Below the pieces are notes generated by a model, which was not told the origin of the DNA, did no database searches, and saw only the letters and a list, made by a program, of their open reading frames with translations. The translations under genes and the position numbers were made by a program. DNA of 64,000 nt from Fidelibacterota bacterium. GTDB lineage: Bacteria > Fidelibacterota > Marinisomatia > Marinisomatales > S15-B10. The stretch is from positions 32,001 to 96,000 of the forward strand of contig JBHIAI010000002.1 in NCBI GenBank assembly GCA_046861655.1. The letters run 5' to 3'. This document shows positions 37,031-46,576 of this stretch, piece by piece (the stretch's first letter is position 1; each line of letters begins with the position of its first letter).

Positions 37031-37478
37031 TCACCACCGGGACACGGAGACACTGATCATGACTTATAGTCATAACACCCTTCTGACAATACCGTCCTTC
37101 AGCGCCGGCTCATGGAAGTTAAGCAAAAGTCCAACTCGTATTTGTTTTAGCTTCATATAGGTCAATAGCTGGGCCTCGTGAACAGGCAAGACTGTTTGCA
37201 CGGCTTTCAATTCAACAATTACTTTATCTTCAACGATCACGTCAATTCTATAGCCTATATCCAATGCGATGTTCTTGTATTTCACTGGGAGAATTATCTG
37301 TCGTGCGAATCTTAGTCTCCTTAGATCGAGTTCGTGACAAAAGCACTCCTCATATGCAGATTCCAGTAATCCCGGTCCCTGCGCCCTATGAACTTCGATT
37401 GCGGCGGAGATTATCTGCTCTGTTAGTTCTTCTTCAATGAGTCTCACTTTCTCCGTGTCTCAGTGTCTTTGTGGTTCA
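37031..37478. mobile_element. GxxExxY cassette bounded by imperfect inverted repeats, inserted between purF and purD
   Basis: Left arm TCACCACCGGGACACGGAGACACTGA (37031-37056); right arm TCTCCGTGTCTCAGTGTCTTTGTGGTTCA (37450-37478); the enclosed gene is visibly more AT-rich than its neighbours. Confidence 0.65.
37070..37447 (-). CDS. GxxExxY protein (PD-(D/E)XK-like)
   Basis: GPGLLESAYE, YRIDVIVE, IVELKAV, HEAQLLTY and GLLLNF. Confidence 0.93.
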   Translation of the reverse strand: MRLIEEELTEQIISAAIEVHRAQGPGLLESAYEECFCHELDLRRLRFARQIILPVKYKNIALDIGYRIDVIVEDKVIVELKAVQTVLPVHEAQLLTYMKLKQIRVGLLLNFHEPALKDGIVRRVL

Positions 37479-38951
37479 GGTGTTATTCCGTTCCCGGTTT
37501 CTCTTTTCTTCCATCTCCACCATTTTCGCCTCGTCCACGTCCCCGGTGACGTACCATCCGTCCAGGCAGGCCATGCAGGGCCGGTCGATGTCGTGTTTCC
37601 CCTTTCGGGTGACGGCTTCTTGGAGGTCCTCCAGCGTCTGGTACAGCAGTTTGTCGGCACCGATGTGGGCCTGAATCTCATCTTCCGACATTCGGTGAGC
37701 GATCAATTCCGACCGAGTGGGCATATCCACTCCGTAGAAACATGGGTTTCTGATCGGTGGACACGTGGAGGCAAAGTAGATTTCCGTGGCGCCGAATTCC
37801 CTGACCATTTTGACAATCTCCTTGCTGGTATTGCCTCGGACGATACTGTCATCCACGATGAGGACGGTCTTGTCTTTGATTTCTGTCTCCTGGGGGACGA
37901 GTTTGTACCGCACGGACCGTTTACGTTCCTCCTGGCCAGGCATGATGAAAGTGCGTCCGATGAAAGGATTCTTGTACAGTCCCTCGGAATACCGAACCCC
38001 CAGTTCGTTGGCGAAGGAAAGGGCCGCCGTATTGGCGGTGGACGGGGCGGGAATGACGATATCGGGGAGAACCCCGGGAAACCTCTCCTTCCACTTGCGA
38101 GCCAGGTTTTGTCCCATGCGGAGGCGGGCCCGGTAGACACTCACATCGTTCATCATGGTATCGGGCCGGGCGAAATAAACGTATTCGAACACGCACGGGG
38201 TGAACTGTGCCTCAGCCAGGATGCGGCTGTGGTAGGATCCGTCCTCGCTGATGAATACCACTTGTCCGGGTGCCACGTGCCCTCTTATCTTGAAACCGAG
38301 GGCATAGAACATGGTGGTTTCGGAAGCGAAAATGAAGTCGATGGTGCCGTCGGGATTCTCCCTTTCCCCCCGGGCGAGGGGTCGGATGCCGTGGGGATCC
38401 CTGAAGACCACCATCCCCTTGCCGATGATCATGGCGACGGTGGAATAGGATCCGCTTGTTTCGTTGAAGACGGTCTTGGTAGCCCGGCAGACGTGCTCGA
38501 AGAAATCACCTCCGTCGTCACTGGAGGCCGAATCATCGAGGGCGTGAGCAAACAGATGCATCACGGCCTCCGTGTCACTGGTGGAATTCACGTAGCGCTG
38601 GTGCTCCTGGGCAAGCTTCACCACCAGATCGCCATGATTGACTATGTTTCCGTTGTGGGCCATGGCGATCCCGTAAGGAACGCCGGTCCAGAATGGTTGG
38701 GCTTCCTCCATGCTGAACCCCCCTGACGTAGGATACCGAGTATGGCCCACGCCCACCGTTCCCTGCAGCCGGAGCATATTGGCCTCATCAAAGATATCCC
38801 GGACGAGCCCCACACCCTTTTTGGAGTGAAATCGCGTGTCGTACGTCATAATACCGGCGGCATCCTGGCCCCTGTGCTGAAGATGAATAAGGCTCTCGTA
38901 CAATTCAGCGGCCACGGGCCGGTGGGAAATAATGCCGACGACGCCGCACAT
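37476..38951 (-). CDS. purF: Amidophosphoribosyltransferase
   Basis: MCGVVG N-terminus, LQHRGQDAAG, CVFEYVYFARPD and VDDSIVRGNT. Confidence 0.96.
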   Translation of the reverse strand: MCGVVGIISHRPVAAELYESLIHLQHRGQDAAGIMTYDTRFHSKKGVGLVRDIFDEANMLRLQGTVGVGHTRYPTSGGFSMEEAQPFWTGVPYGIAMAHNGNIVNHGDLVVKLAQEHQRYVNSTSDTEAVMHLFAHALDDSASSDDGGDFFEHVCRATKTVFNETSGSYSTVAMIIGKGMVVFRDPHGIRPLARGERENPDGTIDFIFASETTMFYALGFKIRGHVAPGQVVFISEDGSYHSRILAEAQFTPCVFEYVYFARPDTMMNDVSVYRARLRMGQNLARKWKERFPGVLPDIVIPAPSTANTAALSFANELGVRYSEGLYKNPFIGRTFIMPGQEERKRSVRYKLVPQETEIKDKTVLIVDDSIVRGNTSKEIVKMVREFGATEIYFASTCPPIRNPCFYGVDMPTRSELIAHRMSEDEIQAHIGADKLLYQTLEDLQEAVTRKGKHDIDRPCMACLDGWYVTGDVDEAKMVEMEEKRNRERNNT

Positions 38952-38952
38952 G

Positions 38953-40320
38953 TTAGAGTGCGTCCACCACTTTGGACGCCAGGCCGGTATAAGTCTCGGG
39001 GGTGAGGGACAGTAGCATTCGTTTGTCTTCTTCGGGCAGGTCGAGATCTTCAATGAAGGCCGTCATGCTTTCCCGGGATACCGTTTTGCCCCGGGTAAGA
39101 GACCTTAGTCGTTCGTACGGATCGTCCTCGCCCCGTTTCCTCAGGATGGTCTGAACGGCTTCGGCCAGGATCTCCCAGTGGCTGTTGAGTTCCCGGCGTA
39201 TCTGGTCTTCATCCGCCTCCACTGTTTCCAGGCCTTTGAGGATGTTTTTCACGGCCAGGAGGGAGTGGGCAATGGCCACCCCCTGATTCCGGATTACGGT
39301 GCTGCCGGAAAGATCCCGCTGTAACCGGGAAACGGGCAGCGTCTGAGCCAGGTGGGAGCAGTAGGCTACGGCGAGTCCCGCGTTGCCTTCGGCGTTTTCA
39401 AAATGGATGGGGTTCACCTTGTGGGGCATGGTGGAAGATCCCACCTCTCCTTCCCGGGGCTTGAGCCGGAAAGTTCCCCGGCTGATGTACAACCACAGGT
39501 CCCGGGACAGGTCGATCAGAATGGTGTTGACCCGGGTCATCATATGGCAGCTTTCCGCCAGGGAATCGTGGGTCGAAATCTGGGTGGTGAAAAGGGTGGG
39601 TTCCAGATTAAGGGAAGAGACGAAGCGCCGGGTGAATCGGAACCAGTGTACGCGGGGATAGCCTGCGGTATGGGCACTCCAGGTACCCGAGGCTCCCGAC
39701 AGTTTTCCTTCGAGAGTGTGGGAACTCAGTTGACCCAGTTGTCGGTCCAGGCGGTGGTGAAACACGGCAAATTCCTTTCCCAGCGAAGTAGGGGTGGCGG
39801 GCTGACCGTGGGTAAGGGCCAGGATTGACAGGTCTTTGTACCGGCGGGCGAGGGCCTTCAGCCGGTCGTGCAGTCGTTCCAGATGGGGGATATAGACTTT
39901 AGAAAGGGCCTCCTGCCACATCAGACCGTAGGCCAGATTGTTGATGTCTTCGGAAGTGAGAGCGTAATGTATCCAGGGTCCGTATTTGCCCAATTCCAAG
40001 CGTGTAAGCTTTCTCCGGAGAAAGTATTCCACCGCTTTGACGTCGTGGCCGATCCGGTCTTCTGTTTTCTTGATGGCCTGAAAGTCCCCCGGGGAGAATT
40101 CCAGGAACAGGGATCGAAGGCGTTTCCGTTCCCCTGACTGTAGAGGTGGCAGTTCAGCGATCCCTTTCTCCTCCGTGAGGGCAATCAGGTATTCAATCTC
40201 AACCCGCACCCGGGTGCGGTTCAGGGCAAATTCCGAGACGTACGGAATGAGTTCCTCGAGTTCCTTCCTGTACCGATCGTCCAGGGGGGATATGTTGTAC
40301 TTTTCAACCACGGAGGTCAC
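38953..40320 (-). CDS. purB: Adenylosuccinate lyase
   Basis: ISPLDDRY, HDVKAVEY, TSEDINN, THGQPA and GSSTMPHKVNP. Confidence 0.96.
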   Translation of the reverse strand: MTSVVEKYNISPLDDRYRKELEELIPYVSEFALNRTRVRVEIEYLIALTEEKGIAELPPLQSGERKRLRSLFLEFSPGDFQAIKKTEDRIGHDVKAVEYFLRRKLTRLELGKYGPWIHYALTSEDINNLAYGLMWQEALSKVYIPHLERLHDRLKALARRYKDLSILALTHGQPATPTSLGKEFAVFHHRLDRQLGQLSSHTLEGKLSGASGTWSAHTAGYPRVHWFRFTRRFVSSLNLEPTLFTTQISTHDSLAESCHMMTRVNTILIDLSRDLWLYISRGTFRLKPREGEVGSSTMPHKVNPIHFENAEGNAGLAVAYCSHLAQTLPVSRLQRDLSGSTVIRNQGVAIAHSLLAVKNILKGLETVEADEDQIRRELNSHWEILAEAVQTILRKRGEDDPYERLRSLTRGKTVSRESMTAFIEDLDLPEEDKRMLLSLTPETYTGLASKVVDAL

Positions 40321-40422
40321 AGAGGTTGCCTACTGTTTGGATGAATAAGGTTTTCGACCCCAGCATGCAGAGAGGTTTTGGTGAACCACGTGATATTCTT
40401 GGGTTATTCCTTCTGACGAATA

Positions 40423-40830
40423 CTAATTCTCTGTGTCCTCTGCAGCTAAAGAAAGGATCCGTTTCACGGCCAGGGCACAGTTCCCCGGATCCAGGATGGT
40501 GAGAACCGGAGTTTCGCTGGGCATCTGAAGGGTTGATTGGATGTTGACCATCATATCCACCCGGTCTCGGAACGGAGGACAGGCAAGGGTGGGGAAAGAA
40601 GCATTGGCTGCCACGAATCCCGACAGGGCGTTGGAGCGGCCGGCGATGGTGACGTAGACCAGGGATTTTTCCGTCTCGTATGACTGGAGGATTTCCATAA
40701 GTTTTTTGGGTTGTTTGTGGGCGGAGGCTACATGTGTATCATTGGGGATACCGTATGAGTCCAGTTTCTCGGTGATCTTTTGGGCGTGGGCCTCGTCTGA
40801 CGACGAGCCAAGAATAAGAACAGCCTTCAT
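40423..40830 (-). CDS. purE: AIR carboxylase PurE (class II-like)
   Basis: GSSSD, SAHK, IAGRSNALSGF and STLQMPS. Confidence 0.9.
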   Translation of the reverse strand: MKAVLILGSSSDEAHAQKITEKLDSYGIPNDTHVASAHKQPKKLMEILQSYETEKSLVYVTIAGRSNALSGFVAANASFPTLACPPFRDRVDMMVNIQSTLQMPSETPVLTILDPGNCALAVKRILSLAAEDTEN

Positions 40831-40843
40831 TGCATGGTCAGGG

Positions 40844-40899
40844 TTCTTACATCCCCCCGACCCCCTTCAAAGGGGGACGTATGGCGCGGGTTGTAAGAA
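40844..40899. repeat. CCCCCTT-type palindromic element in the purC-purE spacer
   Basis: CCCCCTTCAAAGGGGG hairpin (40861-40876) inside a TTCTTACA...TGTAAGAA inverted repeat. Confidence 0.6.
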
Positions 40900-40924
40900 A
40901 CAATTTGACTTCTCATACCGGCAT

Positions 40925-41902
40925 TCAACCCGAGGACAGGTACGATGAAAGGTTTTTTTCGATGCGTTCGGTAATCGGAAAACCCCGGTCCGGGAAGGAA
41001 AATGGTCTTCCCGTAATCATTTCGTACAGTTGAATATAGCGTCTCGACAGCTCAATCACGAGGTCTTCCGGCGGTTCGGGCAGGGTTTTGTCCCGGTATG
41101 GATCGCAGTGGTCCACGAACCAGAGGCGAAGAAACTCCTTATCGATATTCTCCGGTTCCTCCCCCCTGGAGAATCTTGCCTCATAGGAATCGGCCAGCCA
41201 GTACCGGCTGGAATCGGGGGTGTGAATCTCATCCACCAACAGGATGTTCCCGTCCGGATCCTTGCCGAATTCGTACTTGGTGTCCACCAGAATAAGATCG
41301 TGGTTTCTCGCAGTCCTCTGACCGAAGTCAAAAAGAGCCATAGCAGCGTCACTGGCCAGGGACCAATCCGCTTCCTCCATGAGTCCCTCCTTCAGGATCT
41401 CCCGGGGCGACACGGGCCGGTCGTGGTGGAGAGCCTTGGTGGTGGGAGTGAGAAGAGGCTGCCTGAGTTTCTCATTTTTCCGGAGACCTTCAGGGAGAGC
41501 GTTGCCACAATAGGTACGGGCCCCCCTCTCATAGTGGGTCCACAGAGAGGTGTTCGTGGTGCCCGTGATGTAGCCTCGAACCACGAATTCAACGGGGAAT
41601 ACTTCGCACGTCCTCGCTACGGTAACATTGGGATCGGGAACATCCAGAACGTGATTGCCGATGATGTCCCTGGTTCGCTCGAACCACCATACGCTGGTCT
41701 CGTTGAGAACCTGTCCTTTGAAGGGGATAGCAGCCAGGATTCGATCGAAAGCGCTCTGTCTGTCCGTGGTGATGAGAAACAGGGTGTCTCCGGACCCGTA
41801 CCGGTCCCTTACCTTGCCTGAGTGTTTCGTCCCCAGGGGGAAATCGGTCTGTGTCAAGCAATTATCGAGATTGTCCTTGATGATCGTGCGGACCTGATCC
41901 AT
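40925..41902 (-). CDS. purC: SAICAR synthase
   Basis: GKVRD, TDRQSAFD, LVDTKYEFG and DEIHTPDSSRYW. Confidence 0.96.
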   Translation of the reverse strand: MDQVRTIIKDNLDNCLTQTDFPLGTKHSGKVRDRYGSGDTLFLITTDRQSAFDRILAAIPFKGQVLNETSVWWFERTRDIIGNHVLDVPDPNVTVARTCEVFPVEFVVRGYITGTTNTSLWTHYERGARTYCGNALPEGLRKNEKLRQPLLTPTTKALHHDRPVSPREILKEGLMEEADWSLASDAAMALFDFGQRTARNHDLILVDTKYEFGKDPDGNILLVDEIHTPDSSRYWLADSYEARFSRGEEPENIDKEFLRLWFVDHCDPYRDKTLPEPPEDLVIELSRRYIQLYEMITGRPFSFPDRGFPITERIEKNLSSYLSSG

Positions 41903-41905
41903 CGT

Positions 41906-43162
41906 CTAACCGTAGCGATAGCAAAGGTGTGAGAAAGGGTTGAAAAGAATATGGGTGTCCAGGACGCGTCGCAATACTTCATCGGGATTGCCGGTCTGTG
42001 GAGTAAGAGTCCAGAGGACTCCCTTGTTGATAGCATGGATGCCGTTCATGTGAAACCGGTGCCTTAGCGTTTCCAGCTTTTGCCGACCCACAAAGTCGTC
42101 CCGGTAGCGAACCAGGAGAGAGACGGAACCGGGCTTCCCGGTGAACGTGACGACCCTTTCCTTGTTGGAATTGAGCAGCTCCCCCGTGTCTTCTATCTGC
42201 TTAAGAAGCCCGTTCCTGGGACCGCCCTTCATCTCAATTTCCCAGTGAGTCTGCCGGAAAACAGTGACAGGGATGTTCAGCTGGCTGAGGGCAGTCTCCA
42301 CCGAGACGGCCTCGTGATCCGTAATGATAAGGTCCACCAGAAGTTCCCGGGCGTTGTCACGGGGTTCATAGGGAGCCAGCGAGAATCTCGGAGGCCGAAA
42401 GGCAAGACTCTTGGGTGGTATTCTTCTATCGTCTCTGATACTGCCTCTCATGGAGGAAAAGATGACATCTCCCTGGAACGTCCGTTCAGGATGAGGCATT
42501 ATGGCGAGGACGTTACCTCCGGGGTTGCAGACTCCCGCAAGATTGTCAGCGGAGCCGTTTGGATTGACGGGGAATTCCGGAGTCACGGACCCGGTAGAAT
42601 CACAATAACGGAAAACTGTTTGTCCGTTTTCTCTGAGTTCTTTCAGGAGTTCTTCAGATACCATGAATCTCCCCTCGGCATGGGCGACGGGAACGGGGAA
42701 ATGGTCTCCGGGTTTCAAATTCCTGGTGAAGGCGCACCGGCGGCTGGGAACGGAAAGTTGGATATTGACCCAGGCGTTGTAGTAACCGGTGCCGAGAACA
42801 TGACCCTCCTTAACCCGGCGGTTTGAGGCCAGGGCCAACCCCGGAGCGTAGTTGTTCAGTCCGGGGACCAGGCCCCCTTCCACCAGCACCTGGGCGCCGT
42901 TGCAAATGCCCAGGACCGGTTTCCCTTTCTCGCTTTCCTCCCGAATAACTGCCATGAGGGGATCCAGGGCGGCGATGATCCCGGCCCGGGACCGGTCCTC
43001 ATAGGCGAACCCGCCGATGATGATATACCCATGGCATGTTCGAAGCTTCCGGGGAGGTTCGTTCCAGAAGAATTCCACGGGCTCCATTCCTGCCCGTTTG
43101 ACGGCCATAATGGATTCCCGCTCGCAGTTACTGCCCGGGAACTGGATGATGGCGATACGCAT
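41906..43162 (-). CDS. purQ: FGAM synthase glutaminase subunit PurQ with a C-terminal extension (two PurS-like domains)
   Basis: FPGSNC, GICNGAQ, AHAEG, NPNGS and MPHPER; about 180 extra residues at the C-terminus. Confidence 0.9.
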   Translation of the reverse strand: MRIAIIQFPGSNCERESIMAVKRAGMEPVEFFWNEPPRKLRTCHGYIIIGGFAYEDRSRAGIIAALDPLMAVIREESEKGKPVLGICNGAQVLVEGGLVPGLNNYAPGLALASNRRVKEGHVLGTGYYNAWVNIQLSVPSRRCAFTRNLKPGDHFPVPVAHAEGRFMVSEELLKELRENGQTVFRYCDSTGSVTPEFPVNPNGSADNLAGVCNPGGNVLAIMPHPERTFQGDVIFSSMRGSIRDDRRIPPKSLAFRPPRFSLAPYEPRDNARELLVDLIITDHEAVSVETALSQLNIPVTVFRQTHWEIEMKGGPRNGLLKQIEDTGELLNSNKERVVTFTGKPGSVSLLVRYRDDFVGRQKLETLRHRFHMNGIHAINKGVLWTLTPQTGNPDEVLRRVLDTHILFNPFSHLCYRYG

Positions 43163-44217
43163 CAGAGTAATTTAATCTCCCCGTTTCCCTCCACCACTCC
43201 CCCGATTTCATGAACCTGAAACGTTCGAAACTGCTCAATCACCCGGGTGATCTTTCTGATCCCCTCCGCCGGAGCGATGATGACCAGGCCGATACCCATA
43301 TTGAAGGTGCGAAACATCTCCCGGAGGTCCACGTTTCCCAGCTTCCTCATCACGTCAAATACGGCAGGCCGCGACCAGTTTTCGGTGTGGATCTCAGCCC
43401 CACATCCGGGAGGAAGAATACGGGGAATGTTTTCCAGCAGCCCCCCACCCGTGATGTGAGCCATGCCCTTGAGCGGAAGACCGGCGTCCACCAGGGCCAG
43501 GACGGGTCTGGTATAGTTGAGGTGAGGTTCCAGAAGTGTTTCGCCCACCGTGGACGTCAAGCCCGGACAGTGGGAATTCACGTCAAACCTCCCCCGTTCG
43601 AAGAAAATCTTTCGGGCCAGGGAGTAGCCATTGGTATGAAGACCGCTGGAGGCCAGACCCAGGAGGGCATCACCGGGCTGGATGTTCTGCCCTCCAAGGA
43701 CGAGGTTTTTCTCCACCACTCCGGTGATCACGCCCACCAGGTCGTGTTCCCCCGGACGGTAGGTGCCGGGCATTTCAGCCGTTTCTCCTCCCACCAGGGA
43801 TACCCCTGCATCCCGGCAGGCCTGGGCCATTCCTGTGACTATGGCTTCGACCACATCCGGGTCCAGCCGGTCGCTGGCGATGTAGTCCATCAGAATCAGC
43901 GGTTTCGCCCCGAGTACAACAATATCGTTGCAGGTGGCACTGACCAGGTCGATCCCAAGGGTATCGTAGCGGTTCATCATCCTGGCCACGATCATTTTGG
44001 TCCCGACCCCGTCAATGCTCTGGACAAGGACCGGATGGCGGTATCCCCGGGTCAGTTCCTTCAGATCGACCATGGCTCCGAAAGATCCTATGTCGGTGAG
44101 CACGGCCGGACCGAAGGTCTCCCTTGCCATTCCGGCAATACGGCTGATGGCCACATTTGAGGCATCGATGTCCACCCCGGACGACCTGTAGTCTGTTTTC
44201 TTTGGAGGAGGTGTCAT
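43162..44217 (-). CDS. purM: AIR synthetase
   Basis: YRSSGVDI, DGVGTK, GGETAEMPG, SGLHTNGYSL, HITGGG and TFNMGIG; ATGA overlap with purL. Confidence 0.96.
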   Translation of the reverse strand: MTPPPKKTDYRSSGVDIDASNVAISRIAGMARETFGPAVLTDIGSFGAMVDLKELTRGYRHPVLVQSIDGVGTKMIVARMMNRYDTLGIDLVSATCNDIVVLGAKPLILMDYIASDRLDPDVVEAIVTGMAQACRDAGVSLVGGETAEMPGTYRPGEHDLVGVITGVVEKNLVLGGQNIQPGDALLGLASSGLHTNGYSLARKIFFERGRFDVNSHCPGLTSTVGETLLEPHLNYTRPVLALVDAGLPLKGMAHITGGGLLENIPRILPPGCGAEIHTENWSRPAVFDVMRKLGNVDLREMFRTFNMGIGLVIIAPAEGIRKITRVIEQFRTFQVHEIGGVVEGNGEIKLL

Positions 44218-46571
44218 TCCAGTTTTTGCCTCAACCCCTCCAGCCACGCGTTTCTGGCCCGGGATGCGGACAGGTGAATGGATTCATTCATGGAAAGGAC
44301 TGAGTCGGAGGTGGTTCGGCCGATCTTCAGGAGGGAAACACCGTAGTGGTTGAAGATTTCATTCAGGGAGTCCTGATCTTCGGTGTTGACCTCAAGGATA
44401 AATCCCCCCGTTTCCCCGAAGAGCATCCGGTCCTCCTGGATATTCCCGGGGATGTCCACCCGGCACCCTATGACATCCGGCGGCAGCACGAGAGCCAGAA
44501 GGGTCATTTCCGCCAGGGCCACGGCTATACCTCCTTCGGAGATGTCGTGACAGGAGAGCAACAACCCTTCGGAGGCGGCATCGGTGACGGCATAGATCTG
44601 TTGTTGTGCTTCGTGAAGATCAGGTTTAGGAACCCGGGCGCCCAGGGTGCCGTGAAGGGAATAGTAGACACTGCCCCCACATTCGTCTTTTCGCTCGCCC
44701 ACGAGAAAGAGAAGGGAATCCACTTTCTTGAACCCGGCCGTAACGGTCCGGGAGACATCCGTCAGCTTTCCCAGGCAGCTGACGATAGGACTGGGAGGAA
44801 TAGGACCCTGTTTGGATTCGTTGTAGAATGATACGTTTCCTGCGATGACGGGAACAGGGTGCCCGGGGAATTCTTTTAGATGAATGCCTTTGCAGGCATG
44901 GGCCACTCCCCGCACGGACTCTGCGAAGTCCCACATTTGATGTTCCTTTTCCGGATTGCCGAAGCACAGACAGTCTGTGACTGCCTGGGGGGTAGCGCCC
45001 ACCGCTGCCACGTTACGCATGGATTCCACAACGGCATTCACCGCTCCCCAGAAAGGGTCAATCTTGCAGTACCGGGGATTGTGATCCACCGACAGGGCAA
45101 TTCCCACTGGGTGAATCTCCTCCGGGTAGGAATCATCGGCGAAGGGTTGCAGGACGCCGGCATCGGCCAGGCCGGCCTCCACGACCGTCCGGCCCTGGAC
45201 CTGTTTATCGTAGGTTTCAAACACAGGTGAGCGGGAAGCTACATTTTCATGGGCCAGGAGGGCCAGAAGGGTACCATCATAGTCGTCCGGTTCGGGAATA
45301 TGGGGTTCTTTCCACCCGTCCCTTCTGGGAGTGAACGGACGGTCGTACAGAAATCCTTCCGTCACCTGTCTCGCCGGAGCATCCACGATGAGGGTCCCGT
45401 TGGAACGAACCCGGTACTGACCGTTGCCGGTCACCTTCCCTACCACCTGGGCTCTTGCTCCCCTGGAAACCGTGGGAAGATCGTAGGTCTCATTGTAGTG
45501 ATGAAGAATCATGGGGGTGATCTCGGGGGGACTGACCCACATGAACCGTTCCTGGGTTTCAGAACACAGGACCACTGACGGATGGAGGGCATTCATGTCC
45601 ACCGGGACATCGTCCAGACACACCTCAGCTCCGTACCCCCCGTTGTGGGCCAATTCCACACTAGCACAGGCGATGCCACCGGCTCCCAGATCTTTCAATC
45701 CCACCCGGGAAAAGAGTCCCCTTTCCTTGAGAAGAGCGAAAAGGTCGTAGGTCGATTTCAGAAGGTGCCTTTCCAGGAAGGCGTTCGGTTCCTGAACGGC
45801 CCCCTTCTTGGCCTGTTTTTCCTCTTCGTTGAGTTCGAGGGAGGCAAAGCTCGCCCCGCCGAAGCCGCTGTTGTCGGTGGGCTTGCCCACCAGAATCAGG
45901 TCGTACCCATCCGCGTTGACGGGCGCCCTGGACCGGATAATCTCATCCTCCCGTACGATGCCCAGAGTGACCACGGTCACCAGGCAATTCTCGTTATAGC
46001 CTTCATCAAAGTAAAGGTCTCCACCGATATTCGGAACGCCGATGGGGTTGCCATAACCGGCGATGCCGGATACGACCCCGTCATGGATCCACCGGGTTTT
46101 GGGGGAATTGATATTTCCAAACCTTAGACCGTCTGCGACGGCTATGACCGTGGCACCCATACAGGCAACGTCGCGGACGTTGCCCCCGATGCCCGTTGCC
46201 GCCCCTTCGTAAGGAACGATCTGGGAAGGGTGGTTGTGAGATTCATGACTCATGGCAATGCCGTAGCGAATCCCATCGGTGTCCTCGGCTATGGCCACAA
46301 TACCGGCGTCTTCTTTGGGGCCGAGAATGACCGTGGGTCCTTCCGAGACCAGTTGTCTTAAGTGAGATCTGCTGCTCTTGTAAGAAGAGTGCTCCGAACC
46401 CTGAATGGACCACAGGACACATTCGGTCAGGGAAGGAGGCCTGCCCAGAATCTCGTTCTGAATCTTGAGAACCTCTTGCACGGTTAACGGGAGTCTGTTC
46501 CGCCGCAAAGTGATCTGAATCTCATCATCGCTGAGGGATGAAAAATCTATGGTCTCACCGGTGAAAGGCAT
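44214..46571 (-). CDS. purL: FGAM synthase subunit PurL (small type)
   Basis: 785 aa; SEHSSYKSS, ESHNHPS, DLGAGG, SETQERF, GNVSFYN and HDISEGG. Confidence 0.95.
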   Translation of the reverse strand: MPFTGETIDFSSLSDDEIQITLRRNRLPLTVQEVLKIQNEILGRPPSLTECVLWSIQGSEHSSYKSSRSHLRQLVSEGPTVILGPKEDAGIVAIAEDTDGIRYGIAMSHESHNHPSQIVPYEGAATGIGGNVRDVACMGATVIAVADGLRFGNINSPKTRWIHDGVVSGIAGYGNPIGVPNIGGDLYFDEGYNENCLVTVVTLGIVREDEIIRSRAPVNADGYDLILVGKPTDNSGFGGASFASLELNEEEKQAKKGAVQEPNAFLERHLLKSTYDLFALLKERGLFSRVGLKDLGAGGIACASVELAHNGGYGAEVCLDDVPVDMNALHPSVVLCSETQERFMWVSPPEITPMILHHYNETYDLPTVSRGARAQVVGKVTGNGQYRVRSNGTLIVDAPARQVTEGFLYDRPFTPRRDGWKEPHIPEPDDYDGTLLALLAHENVASRSPVFETYDKQVQGRTVVEAGLADAGVLQPFADDSYPEEIHPVGIALSVDHNPRYCKIDPFWGAVNAVVESMRNVAAVGATPQAVTDCLCFGNPEKEHQMWDFAESVRGVAHACKGIHLKEFPGHPVPVIAGNVSFYNESKQGPIPPSPIVSCLGKLTDVSRTVTAGFKKVDSLLFLVGERKDECGGSVYYSLHGTLGARVPKPDLHEAQQQIYAVTDAASEGLLLSCHDISEGGIAVALAEMTLLALVLPPDVIGCRVDIPGNIQEDRMLFGETGGFILEVNTEDQDSLNEIFNHYGVSLLKIGRTTSDSVLSMNESIHLSASRARNAWLEGLRQKLE

Positions 46572-46576
46572 GGGAA

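Noticed and set aside
37437..38726. 429-aa plus-strand ORF and other long antisense ORFs (e.g. 22214-23230, 43210-44160, 46643-47611, 51202-52200, 59617-60654)
   Set aside because: Shadows of well-supported opposite-strand genes in GC-rich DNA, with no recognisable motifs.
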